Under the pieces are notes generated by a model. That model was not told the origin of the DNA. It saw nothing but the letters and a program-made list of their open reading frames with translations, and did no database searches. The position numbers and the translations under genes were made by a program. A stretch of DNA of 64,000 bases from Eledone cirrhosa (taxonomy: Eukaryota), in the NCBI GenBank assembly GCA_964016885.1, contig OZ024740.1, positions 406,844,001-406,908,000 on the forward strand, given 5' to 3'. Below, piece after piece: positions 12,580 to 30,891 of this stretch (the stretch's first letter is position 1; the number at the start of each line of letters is the position of its first letter).

Positions 12580-14810
12580 CTTATATAAAGACTGGCAGAA
12601 ATACGGGGTAAAAAATGTAAGGAAGATAATTTCGAAACGAAGGTTTGGTCAGAAATGCGAAATGACCCGGCGTTAAGATCTAAATATGCGGTCGTGTCGT
12701 ATTGTCTGACATAAAGAATTGAGAGATATTTCTTCGTAAAAACTACATCGTCTTATTTATAATCACTCGTAGCAAGCACTTTTCCCCCACTAAATACAAT
12801 CAATTCTCTCTTTTATTATTATTTTTCAAAATCATTATTGAAGAAATACATTATAAAAATTCCTATCTTAATGAGTTTTGTTTGTTTATTTTTTATTACT
12901 CTTTTGACACAAGCCAGATTCTCGCTCATGCATAAATATATAAACAAAACAGCTGTCAATACGTATCGTGTTACGGCTCAACAGAAATATAGTTTAATAG
13001 ATTACCAGCTAAATGTATATTTTTAAATGTTTAATTTGTTTACATAATTTCTACCTTAAATTTACTGAAATCATATTTTCGATTTAATGGTTTCCTGTAA
13101 AGACACAAAGCTTTAGCTTATAAAGCAGAGGAAATGAGATGGGATTTCAAGAATCACAGAATTTCATTTACCGTTTCCTAGATATGTAAACATAGTAAAT
13201 TATTGTTAAATTGAGATAATACAAGTATTTATAAAATAAAAAAAAACATGAAAAAGAAACTGAATTAAAATATTCTTTCATGCAAAAGTAATTAGATGAG
13301 ATTTCAAGAATCACAGAATTTCATTCACCGTTTCTGAGATATGTGAGGCCTTATGCAAATATAGTAAATCATTGTTAAATCGAGATAAATAATACAAGTA
13401 TTCATAAAATACAAAGAGAGATAAATGACAAATTGGGCTTAGGTATTTTTTCATGTAGCCGTAACATATATTACTTACATGCTTCAACTGCTCCACTAAT
13501 TGCTTCGATAGTGACTGGTGAGAGAAATTAACACATTGCCTGTACAAGGTACAGAAAGAGATAGAGAGATTAAAGCAACACACTCGTCAACCATTCACGT
13601 GCCAATTACGTCGACTCCCAGTGAGCATGCGCATACCGAATCGCACGTGTGAAAGGCGCGCTTATATTAAAGTGTTTTCAAGGCTTTCATTCCGCCAACT
13701 ATTTAGTTTATATTCACATATTTTTTGTTGTTGTTTGTTTGAAATGTTGATATGAGTAGTTGATAAAAAAAGAAAAACGATTGTTAAGCAACTAAAGAAA
13801 GAGGGGAGGGTGACAGACTACATCTAAGTGGTGTTTCGACTGCGTCACGCGGACAAAATGGCAAAGGCATTGCCGCGACACCCGCTGCAACAGTCACTCA
13901 GAGGCTCCTTCCTCAGACGGGCTACTCTCATTCCGATTTTACGGAGGGAGTCAGCTGTACGTGGTCCGAGGACGCCTGAGGTCTTGACGACGACTGGTGC
14001 AAAGAGGAAACAACCGGACTAGCCCTGGTATTTGCTTATCTTCCTGCCCTCAGTTGTGAGCCGTAGTACCCGGGTTTGTGTCCGAAGCGACTAAGTTGAA
14101 GGGGGAAAACGTGTCACAGCATGTCACGTCCAAAATATTTGTATTCCTTAATCAGACTTGTCAACTCCCCCCGTCCGGCAGGAGTATCTTCCATCCACTT
14201 TGGGGTTGATGAGAGATGTCTTCTCTTGTGAAAATAGGTGTAGCTTTAATTATGTAAAATCTCCCCATTTTGCCTCATTTCTTCCCGTTTCTGGTGCTCT
14301 TTTTTTCATGGTACTCCCCGTTTGGGTTTTTAGAGGTTGGCAGGTCTGCTTAATATAGTTGTTCCTTATACTGTCACGGAGCAGATAATTGAGACGAGAT
14401 TTAACGTTTGAAATTAGCAAAGTAAATTTATATGGAATAACACAAACAAACAAATCACTACATTCATGTGAAATAACCAGAACATCAATACATAGTTCAT
14501 ATTCTTATTTATTTGATCATTTAAAACACTACTTAAGGTCGCTGGGAATTTTAAGAGAGGCACTGAAAAACTAGGAATGGTGAAATGTTATAGAATACAA
14601 ATTAACTTTTAGTTATTCAATATACAAATAAAAATGTTAACATTTAATTTTTAATGTGTAATTTTTCATCGACATTACGAACAGCGTCAGTTACGATAAT
14701 AGATATGGGTAAACGTATAGAATAACGAACCGATGTAAGGGACGTAATTTGAAAAATATAACTTCCTATTTGCGGGTAGACAGACGATATGGCCTTCGTT
14801 TGGGTGTTTG

Positions 14811-14998
14811 TGGATTGGCAGTATTGATAGAGGGTCGGACGCCATGCTTTCAAGAATAGAGTTACCCCCCTTTATGATATGAGTTCAAATCCCGTCGAGG
14901 TTAACTTTGCCTTTCATCCTTACAGGGTCGATAAAATAAAGTACCAGTAATACACTGGGATAATTGCTGGCCTTATGCCAAAAGTAGAAACAATTATT
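14811..14998 (+). mobile_element. tRNA-derived SINE (family A)
   Basis: B-box GAGTTCAAATCCC and core GCCTTTCATCCTTACAGGGTCGATAAAATAAAGTACCAG. Confidence 0.85.
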
Positions 14999-15270
14999 AG
15001 CTAAGTTAGCCTAAAATATAAGCAAATTCCATTTACTAAGATATAAACAAATTTATTTACCAATATATATATATTTATAAATTATTCTCCCCAATGTTAT
15101 ATATATATATAGTATTAAGGATACTATTTATGGTTATGTATATACTAAAACCTTTTATAGTTATATATATTTTAAACCCTAAATAGTGAAAGGCAGTAAT
15201 TTATTACTACCTTATTACCAGTAAGATAAATAGTTCAATGTAATAACATCAGTTGTTCTACAGAGCAGTT

Positions 15271-15801
15271 ATATAGAAATTACATGAATCAAAGTTCTGT
15301 TTAAACCATTTATTCGCTTACAATTGTTTCTTCTAAACCGAGGTTTGAAGTCTTCGGAGCAATTTTTCAATGATTGTTTACATACATGACCTCCTTTTCA
15401 ACACAAGAGACATACAGAAACATATGTATATATTGATGCACAGTGGGTTGACATCCATTATAATATTTTAGCATGGCAATTTACATTCAAAGATTAAAGT
15501 CATATTAAAGAACAAAATTAAAGTTAAAATATAACATTGGCAGTTTACGAAGATAAAGCAAGAGGATAGTTTGAAGTAGTTAGTGTATGCAATAGTTACA
15601 CGTGGGGCATGCACGTGTGTCTTATTTATATAAGATTATAGTGCATCAATATATACATATGTTTCTGTATGTCTCTTGTGTTGAAAAGGAAGTCATGTAT
15701 GTAAACAATCATTGCAAAATTGCTCGGAAGATTCCAAACCTCGGTTTGGAAGAAACAATTGTAAGCGAATAAATGGTTTAAACAGAACTTTGATTCATGT
15801 A

Positions 15802-15810
<9 letters not shown>
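15271..15810. repeat. ~170-bp inverted repeat (15271-15440 / 15641-15810), each arm with a variant hammerhead; PLE terminal-repeat-like
   Basis: The arms are reverse complements with a few mismatches. Right arm 15720-15768 reads TTGCT-CGGAAGA-TTCCAAAC/GTTTGGAA-GAAA-CAATTG-TA-AGCGA. Confidence 0.8.
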
Positions 15811-15853
<43 letters not shown>

Positions 15854-15949
15854 GTGTTAAACGATATTCAATGACTATGTCAAAGAATGAGTTTTACTAC
15901 TTTGATTAAATCTTAACCATTTAACATCTCAGGGTGTGTCATGTATCAT

Positions 15950-16008
15950 TATATTTTGTCTGATGAGGACGTACTGTTGTACATCCGAAATATGTATAAT
16001 AAAATGTA
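15950..16008 (+). ncRNA. Minimal type I hammerhead ribozyme (same family as 12286)
   Basis: CTGATGA (15960), stem II GGACGTAC/GTACATCC, GAAATATGTATA, stem I TATATTTTGT/ATAAAATGTA. Confidence 0.72.
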
Positions 16009-16067
16009 ATTGATCAAAAGAACATCTATTTTATTAATATTTATATATATACCACTATTATATATAT

Positions 16068-16905
16068 ACCACTATTAGCTGCTAAAGGGTTCTCCCTAAA
16101 AATGAAAGGCAGGTTGTACGATGCCTGCATACGAACAGCAATGTTGCATGGTAGTGAGACCTGGGCATTGTGTGCAGAGGATATACGCAGACTAGAGAGG
16201 AACGAAGCTTGCATGCTCCGCTGGATGTGTAACAGTAATATACGTGAACGGCAAAGCATAAACGAACTAAGGAAAAAATTAGAGATAAGAGGGATCAGAT
16301 GTTGTTTACTCGAGAGAAGGCTGCGTTGGTATGGACACGTGATGCGCATGAAAGTCGATAGCTGTATAACAAAGTGCAGGGCAATAAAAATAGACGGTAG
16401 CCACGGAATAGGCAGACCTAGAAAAACCTGGGATGAGCTGATAAACTCCGACCTCACACACTTACACCTCTCCAAGACAATGTCACTGGACCGAGACCTT
16501 TGGCGGTACTCAGTAACAGAGAAGACCCGCCTTGCCAGTAGGCATCTCTAACAAAATACACCCTGTCCCGCCACCACCCCCACCCCATCCACACCATCCC
16601 GTTCTATGTAAAGTTATGTTGGTGCCGCGCCATCCAGGCCGAAACAAATGAGATCGTGTAGGTGTCACGACAAAAAAACACAGTCCACGCTGCAATGTGG
16701 CCGTGTAGGCAACACGGTAAAAACCTCCCAGACCCACACTGTAAATGTGGTTGGTGTTAGGAAGGGCATCCAACTGTAGAAAACCTGCCAGACAGTCCTA
16801 TGCGAGCAAGACAATCACTCTTGCCTCAAGTGGGACTACCCCCGTCCAAACCCATGCAAGCGTGGAACACGGACGTTAAACGTTGATGATGATGATGATG
16901 ATGAT
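16068..16905 (+). mobile_element. RTE LINE 3' fragment with an open ORF C-terminus
   Basis: ORF 16102-16551 (LYDACIRTAMLHGSETW...RRLRWYGHVMR...GRPRKTW), 3' UTR and (GAT)n tail. Confidence 0.92.
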
Positions 16906-16914
16906 ATTTCGTTT

Positions 16915-17633
16915 CTGAATTTGTTTAGCAAGATTCTTTATCTGAAAACGTGTGTTGAAACCGATATTGTTATGCTTTGGGAGGGTCATGTTGCCAATAA
17001 GAAACACACGCACCAGTTGCTTTCACTACAATTTATTATAAATTAAATTTATAAATTTAAGAATTTATAAATTTCCGGTTGGTTGGTTGGTTGGTTGGTT
17101 CCATAACCGGACGGTTGTTCATATATTGTCAAAGTTCTTTCGTCACACATTCTGTGACCTCTTCAGTGACTGGGGATTATTTCCTTTGTTTTTGTGCCTC
17201 TCCTTTGTTCTGTCCTACGCCATCTTGTTGTTGTGTGTGTTGCGTGCTTAGTTTGCACATGTTTTACATCCGGGTGTCTGTGTGTGTTTATATTTGTTTA
17301 TTTATTTGTTTATTTACATGTTACTGGCTGGTTGTTTGTTCTATGTGTGTGTGTGTTTTCATTTTTTCCTTAATTGTAAGTTGTGATGTTGCTATTCCAT
17401 TCATGTTTTCTATTTAATTTTGGTTGGAGTTCATTTATGTTTATTGCCTCTGTGATTTGTCTAAACATTGCGTCTTTTCTGTGTGTAGATTCTATTTTTA
17501 TTTCTATGTTCTCTAATTTGCCCTTATGTTCTATTGTAGCATGTTGGTGGAGTATTGATGATTCCTTTTTTATCTTGAAGTTCTCGCTAGTGTTTATTTA
17601 ACCGTTCTCCAATACTACGAGCTGTCTCACCTA
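16915..17633 (-). mobile_element. Penelope-like element, 3' half (GIY-YIG C-terminus, 3' UTR, terminal repeat); split by a Helitron
   Basis: The minus strand reads IGETARSIGER from 17633; the terminal region resembles 30891-30930 and 32300-32370; homologous to the PLE at 31413-32040. Confidence 0.85.
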
Positions 17634-20600
17634 TCTATATATATATAAAGCTGAGGATGTGTGTGTTAAGGTTTGTAACGTATGCATGTCCACAATTTCC
17701 AACGGATTCTATTCAAAGTCAGGACAATTATAGCCTTTGGTCAGGAAAAGGTCATGAAGCAAAGAAATTTCAAATCCATCAACAATAAGGGCAAAATCGA
17801 TCATGATCATCCCCCCTCTCTATAATTTAACTGCTTTACTCTCTCTGTCGCTCTTCATTCCCTATATGACAACACTGCAGAAAGAGAAACAATGTTTATG
17901 ATCAAATGGAGCGTTCCGTATATTCCCGCTCTCTATAATTTAACTGCTTTACTCTCTCTGTCGCTCTTCACTCCCTATATGACAACACTGCAGTGGAGCG
18001 TTCCGTATTGACATACGGCTTATGTGGGGCATTTTCAATCGGCTTATTGCAAATAACAACCCGCAAAATAACACTTCATATAACAGATTAATGCTATAGA
18101 CCTATGAATCGGAATGTAATCCGTGAACTTTTTCCTGGGCAAAATTATTCGAACAGACATGACCTCATTGCCAGAGTGTTCAGACTGAAACTGGCTAAAC
18201 TCATGGCTTTAATAAAAAAGGGTCAGGTATTTGGGGCTGTAAAATGTGACATGTTCACCGTCGAATGGCAAAAACGAGGACTGCCACATGCTCACATTTT
18301 GATTTGGTTAGCTGATAAAATCAATTCAAATGCCATAGACAGCTTCATTTCGGTTGAAATCCCTAACCCAGCAACTGACCAGGAATTACATGACATCGTC
18401 AAAGCTAACATGGTCCATGTGCGTCGGGTCCTAATGAGCATCACACGTGTCTGAAAGGGCAGTAAGGGATACCCCAAAAAATTTGTTGACCAGACTCAGA
18501 CTAGTGGCGACGGGTACCCCCTGTACAGGCGGAGACGGCCTGAGAATGGTGGCTTCACCACAACAGAAAAGGGAGGTCAAGTCGACAATAGATGGGTGGT
18601 CCCTTACTGCCCGCTTCTTCAAGAAGCGAGCAGTAAGGGACCACATCAACGTTGAGTTTTGCAACTCCGTCAAGTCGATAAAATACATATGCAAATATGT
18701 AAATAAGGGCTCTGATGCCGAAATGTTCGCATTTCAAGCTGAAAATAGCAGGGACGAGGTCACAGAATACCTGGCGGGGCGGTACATCAGCAGCAATGAA
18801 GCTTTTTGGCGTCTATTTGGTTTACCCCTACACCAACGTCACCCCGCCATCGTACAGCTTGCGGTACATTTGGAAAATGGGCAAAGGGTTTACTTTACGT
18901 ACCAACCCGCCGCCAAGTTGGCTGCCAATCCGAAAGAGACCACTCTGACAGGTTTCTTCAAACTTTGCCAGTTTGTAACGGAATATTATGTGTGGTTGTA
19001 ACGACAAGTGGATGGGTGGATGTAACTGTTGCTATGGTGGATTCAGTGTAAATAAAAATACCAGGAGTGTTGTTACAAAGTTTATTTTATTACAACAATA
19101 TTCAATTTGAATATTGAATGATAAAATAATTGACACAAAACATTCATACAATAATTTGGTGGCTCTTCGAGCCACGTAAATTCAAATATCACAGAATACG
19201 ATTATAATATGTGTAAACAGAAATGAATGGTGCGTGTACAAATGTTGGACTCACTATGAATTGCGTGTGTGCGGCGTATCAGTATATTTACTTATTTGTA
19301 TTGTAGGAGTCAGCGATCAGCCAGGATGGTGAGAGTAAGTGGTAGACTGGTTTTCGTGACGAGAGGCTGTAAATGAGACTCGTCTTGTCTGTATCCACTG
19401 CTTTTCTGTTTTTGGCGTAAACAATCCCTCTATTTATAAGAGTTAAAGTTAGAAGGATAGATATATCCTCTGAACTTTGGTTAGTCTCCCAAGGGATTAG
19501 TTTGCCAAGCGTAAACAAGTCAGAAAGATGGATATATCCTCTGACCTATTTTCTGTCAGGCGTAAACACCTCTGACCTGTGTTTAGCCTCTCCCAAGGGG
19601 TTAGTCTCCTGAGCGTAAACAAATTACCACGGCTTGTCCCAGAGACGGGAAAGCTCAGATTCGGTTTCGAATCTTCGCCGCCGTTATAAGTTTGATACAT
19701 TTGTGTACCCCCAGGTTCCATCCTACTTTATATGGTTGAAAAACACTTGGGTGCGAAGAAAGTCAGGTCAGGCTGTTGAAAGACATCCTGGTGTAAAATT
19801 TGACAGCTGTCTTGGAAGGGTTTACACTGTGCCCCCAAGTCAGCATGAGTGCTTTCATCTCCGCATTCTTCTGCATGAAGTTGTAGGCCCACAAAGTTTT
19901 CAGGACCCCAAACTGTTGATGGAGAAATATGTGATACGTACCAGGAAGCCTGCTTTAAGCGTGGTCTTTTGGAAGATGATTCGCAATGGAATTCCACTTT
20001 AGCAGAGGATGCTTTGTTGAAATCACCTAAAGGTCTACGGGAACTCTTTGCCATTTTGCTTCAAAAGTGTGACTTGGGTGATCCCAAATCTTTATGGGTC
20101 AAGTACAGAGACTTCATGTCTGAGGACTTCCTGCGCCTAGCTCATCTGCAGTATACTTCAGTGGAAGTTGGTTACAGCGACATTATCTACAACAGGGCAC
20201 TCATTGATATCGAGGACGCCCTTCTAAACATAGGTGGGAGTGAGTTGGCGACGTATGGTTTGCCGTCAACCGTCAGAGAGGAAGCTAACACGTTGGCCCC
20301 GGATTTGTTGCGGGAAACAGCATTTGACATCGAATCTCTTTCCCAAAAAATCTGAGCCCAAACTTCTGTCGGACCAAAGGTTGGCCTATTTAACTATCAT
20401 TGACGTGGTTCAAAATCAGACTGGGGGTATTTACTTTCTCGATGCTCCTGGGGGTACCGGAAAATTTTTGTAACGAAATTGATTCTCGCTAAGATTCGTC
20501 AGGAGAAAAAAATTGCGTTTGCCGTTGCATCGTCCGGGATCGCTGCTATTTTGCTGCCGGGAGGCAGGACAGCACATTCAACCTTTAAACTCCCCTTAGA

Positions 20601-21647
20601 TTTAGTAAAAACTGAGACACCAACATGCAATATCAGCAAGAGTTCACACAAAGTTCTGGTTCTCAAAAAATGTTGCCTCATTGTTTGGGATGAGTGCACA
20701 ATGGCACACAAGGGTGCCCTTGAGGCATTGGACAGGACCCTGAAAGACATTAGGGATTCTACGGCTCCTATGGGTGGCGTAACCCTTCTGCTATCAGGGG
20801 ATTTTCGGCAAACGCTGCCTGTCCTCCCCAAAGGGACAAGAGCTGATGAAGTGTGTGCCTGCCTTAAGTCGTCCATGTTGTGGATCCAGGTGAAGAGTTT
20901 GTACCTGAGCACAAAAATGCGTGTTCATTTGCATGGTGACATGTCTGCAGCATTTTCTCAGAACATTTTAGCACTGGTGAGGGCAAGGTCCCTGCGGATG
21001 ACAAGGGCCACATAGCAATCGACTCCCTGTGCAACATTGTGATCTTTGGGAAGCAATTTTTCCTAATGTCTCATTTAACTTTAAAAACTTCGATTGGCTC
21101 AGCAAACGGATGAACCTTTACCCCTCGGCGTCAGATATCCAGTTCGATTTCCAGCGATCCCAATTTCCGATGAGACTATGTTTTGCCATGTCCATTAACA
21201 AGTCACAAGGGCAAACATTGTTGGTGGCGAGCATCCATTTGGGGGAGCCATGCTTCTCCCATGGCCAACTTTATGTTGCCTGTTCCCGCGTAGGGAGCAG
21301 GAATGGACTTTTTGCTTACACTCCTCAAGGGATGACATGCAATATCGTCTACAAAGAGGTGCTATAGATGTTGGTTCTGGAACTATGCCGTCTGGAAAAT
21401 GGGTAGGGTCACCCATCGCGGACAGATCTGACACCCAGCGGCATCAGGGCCACGATCTTGCAACTTTGGTCTACTAAATTTGCTATTGGAAGATTATTAA
21501 CCCATCATTGATTGTCCAAAATGCTAATTGGTTCAACTGCTTTATGCACTTAATTGATAAGCTTATTCGCTTTCAAGCCACGTTTACCTGTATGTAACTT
21601 TTCATAGCAAATGAACAAACCCAAGAAACGCCGCGCTAAACTGCTAG
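17634..21647 (+). mobile_element. Helitron, internally deleted, with degenerate Rep-Helicase
   Basis: 5'-TC (17634) and CTAG-3' (21644-21647) termini, inserted at A|T with no TSD. HUH motif VEWQKRGLPHAHILIW, KYICKYVNKG, and PIF1 motifs DAPGGTGK, DECTM, GDFRQTLPV, FAMSINKSQGQT, HGQLYVACSRV. Confidence 0.95.
18974..19688. mobile_element. Solo LTR (715 bp, probably Gypsy-type) inserted in the Helitron Rep
   Basis: Inverted termini TGTAACGG...CCGTTATA and 4-bp TSD AGTT (18970-18973 and 19689-19692); removing it restores the Helitron frame FFKLCQFDTF. Confidence 0.8.
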
Positions 21648-22035
21648 TGTACACTATATTCTTATCTTTACATTGTCCTTCAGTATATCTTATGCTATAT
21701 ACTACATTTCTAGTTTTACAGTTAATATGGGGGCTTAATTTACAGGTTATGCATTTCTTATCTATACAGGGAGGTCTTTGAAAAGGGTATGTATTGCTAA
21801 TAAGTGTTTTTATGGAGGTACCTGGTCTTTCTACTATCTTAATATTAAGTTTATGTTTATCTAGGGCCCTTCTAAATTTGTAAGCTAATTCACCTCTAGG
21901 GGTTGTATTGATGAACATTACACTCTGGTATTTATTGCTATCATACCATGAGTTTATTCTATTAACCTTATTCCTAGTTCTTTCTATTCTATTCCAAAAT
22001 TTGCTCCTATGCAAGGGGCAGGTCTCATTTGTATC
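21648..22035 (-). mobile_element. Penelope-like element, 5' part of the GIY-YIG region (continues at 17633)
   Basis: Encodes YQSVMF..TPRGELA...CITC...NCKTRNVVYSI...KNIVY; joins IGETARS across the Helitron. Confidence 0.85.
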
Positions 22036-22173
22036 ATTATTTACCATTTTTTCCCATTTCTCATCACCCGTTTTTTTCCATTTCTCATCCCCGTACCAAA
22101 TCCGCAATCAGTATGTTGATTTTGGTGTGATCCGAAACAGCTGAGTTTCGGTGGATCAGATATTTATATATGG

Positions 22174-22313
<140 letters not shown>

Positions 22314-22317
22314 TAAA

Positions 22318-22517
22318 CGGAATAGAAAATGCTGACAAATTGTTCACAGTGAAAAATAGTTTAATTAGGAATAAATGAGAATTAGTAATTGTATTGGTTA
22401 GTATTCAGTTTTGGTTTTAAGTTTTACCGGTTGCGCATTTTTAAATGCTTTTCAAAAATAATTTTGAGATAGAGCGTCCGTGATGTTTGCTCAGATCAGA
22501 GCAAACATCACGGACGT
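22318..22517 (-). repeat. Inverted copy of the 3' terminal repeat of the 25223-28237 PLE, ending in a fold-back
   Basis: Reverse complement of ~28057-28235; hairpin CGTCCGTGATGTTTGCTC-AGATCA-GAGCAAACATCACGGACG at ~22475-22517. Confidence 0.8.
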
Positions 22518-22518
22518 C

Positions 22519-24110
22519 ATTAATAGGAGCAGTGAAAAACAATTACGCGCAAAGACAGAACCACGTTTATGGTATAAAAGAGGTCGTAGACTAATGTTCT
22601 CTTAGGTGGTGCATAGAGACGTTCTCTGGCAATGAACGAAAAAACGAAGATAATACGTCAATGTGGAGCGTGGAGAGACAAAACCACGTAAATGGTATAG
22701 CAGAAGTCGTAGACTAAAATTCTAACTAGTAACATTGTCTACAAATGTAAGGTTGTAACACCCACGTCTCGTAGGGCCTACATAGGGTTAACCGCCAATA
22801 GTTTCAAGCAGCGTCTTTACATGCATACCCATTCTTTTCGTTACCCTCTAAGAAGGAATATGACGTCACTTTCAGCTTATATCTGGAGTCTAAAAGACAA
22901 CCACACCCAATATAAGTTATACTGGGAGATCCTAGCTAGGGCTAGATCGTATAACGGAAATAAAAGACCGTGTGACCTCTGCGCTGCTGAGGCCCTGGAA
23001 ATACTCTACGCCACAGACCACATCTTAAACAAAATATCTGAGGCAATTTCGGCTTGTAAACATAAATTGCACAAAACTTTCCTGTATTACAGCCCCACGT
23101 TATACCCTAACGGATAGTACGATCTATACGTGGATATTTTACGTCTTGATGTGGGAGCTAAGTATATGTTTTGATTATTCCTTTACTTATTTGCATAGGT
23201 AAGTATATATTACCCATATGTTTTGTGAAGGTACGTATACCTTCTCGTACGTTTATTTGATTGTAATTTTTTATATATTCTGGTACATAGGGTTTGGCTA
23301 TGTGAATACGGGAGTTTTGCGTCTGTGTGAGTATGCAGGTTCGTACGTATGGTGGGTGTGTGTATATGTGTATTTCTTGTTTTAGTTGACTTACGTCTCC
23401 GAACATTCATGTATTTATATGTAGGTATGTGTGTGCGCTTGTTATATACGTATGTATTTATTTATATACGTTTATATAATTATTTATTTGTATACACGCA
23501 TACATACACACACATATTTATATGTTCGTGGTTTTGTATACCTATGGTAAGGTTTTGCGTATGCTTGTGTATGTACGTATTTGTTTGCGTGTATGTATTT
23601 ATTTATTTCTATTACTTCGGTATTTATTTACTTTGTTCTTAACTCTGTAGCGGAGATTCATTTGGTCTCCTAGTTAGAATTTTAGTCTACGACTTCTGCT
23701 ATACCATTTACGTGGTTTTTTCTCTCCACGCTCCACATTGACGTATTATCTTCGTTTTTTCGTTCATTGCCAGAGAACGTCTCTATGCATCACCTAAGAG
23801 AACATTAGTCTACGACCTCTTTTATACCATAAACGTGGTTCTGTCTTTGCGCGTAATTGTTTTTCACCACTCCTATTAATTTTCCCCCTTCTTTGCCAGC
23901 GAACGTTACCACGAACCAAAGTATCGTCTTCCTGTCTTCCTCCGGTTGCAACGTTTTTTGAAATATCCAGTTCTGCGTTTACAGATTGACTTTGTTAGTT
24001 TCAGAAGATCCCGTTAAGGGTGAAAGCAGCGATTCTTTGCTTAAACTTTAATCTGTTATTTTAATAAATATTTGCTCTATATTTGATATATATCTATCCT
24101 TATCGAGCCC
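22519..24110 (+). mobile_element. 5'-truncated Penelope-like element (GIY-YIG C-terminus, possibly Naiad-type) with inverted 5' terminal repeat
   Basis: Frame 22728-23117 reads NIVYKC...AYIGLTANSFKQR...LSAYIWSLKD...CDLCAAE...CKH; 22519-22729 is the reverse complement of ~23669-23880. Confidence 0.85.
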
Positions 24111-24205
24111 TCTTTGGATTTTAGTCTTCAAATTTATTATTATTACTATACATATATATATACATATACATATATATACATATACATATATATATATATA
24201 TATAC

Positions 24206-24238
<33 letters not shown>

Positions 24239-24254
24239 CATTTATATGTATATG

Positions 24255-24289
<35 letters not shown>

Positions 24290-24324
24290 GTATATGGCTC
24301 TGAACATATATATATATGGCTCTG

Positions 24325-24585
24325 AACATTAATCAGTATACACTGAGGATGAAAAACTCAGAGCTGTATGGGAGCATCCTAAAAGTCAGCTCAAAAGTGA
24401 CACAGAGGAGACTGAGGTTGGCTGGACATGCTCACCGGCATCCAGAGTTGACATTGCACTCAGTGCTCCTTTGGGAGCCCCTATATGGACACACTAGAAG
24501 AGGAAGATGCAGGATATGGTAGCGATAATGAGGGACAGAGACCGCTGGAGAGAACTCGTCCATGGATCTCGGGAATTTTACCCGC
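24325..24585 (+). mobile_element. RTE-type LINE C-terminal fragment (second family) embedded in (TA)n
   Basis: NSELYG...RRLRLAGHAHRHPE...LLWEP..G...RGR and DRDRWRE motifs. Confidence 0.75.
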
Positions 24586-24619
24586 CCTATATATATATAT
24601 ATATATATATATATCATTT

Positions 24620-28237
<3,618 letters not shown>

Positions 28238-28252
28238 TATATATATATATAT

Positions 28253-30812
<2,560 letters not shown>

Positions 30813-30825
30813 TATATATATATAC

Positions 30826-30890
<65 letters not shown>

Positions 30891-30891
<1 letters not shown>

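Noticed and set aside
13134-13410. ~100-bp direct repeat pair as a functional element
   Set aside because: A diverged local duplication in AT-rich DNA with no other hallmark.
20479-21367. Cellular PIF1 helicase gene
   Set aside because: It lies within Helitron termini downstream of an HUH Rep domain and is frameshifted and internally deleted.
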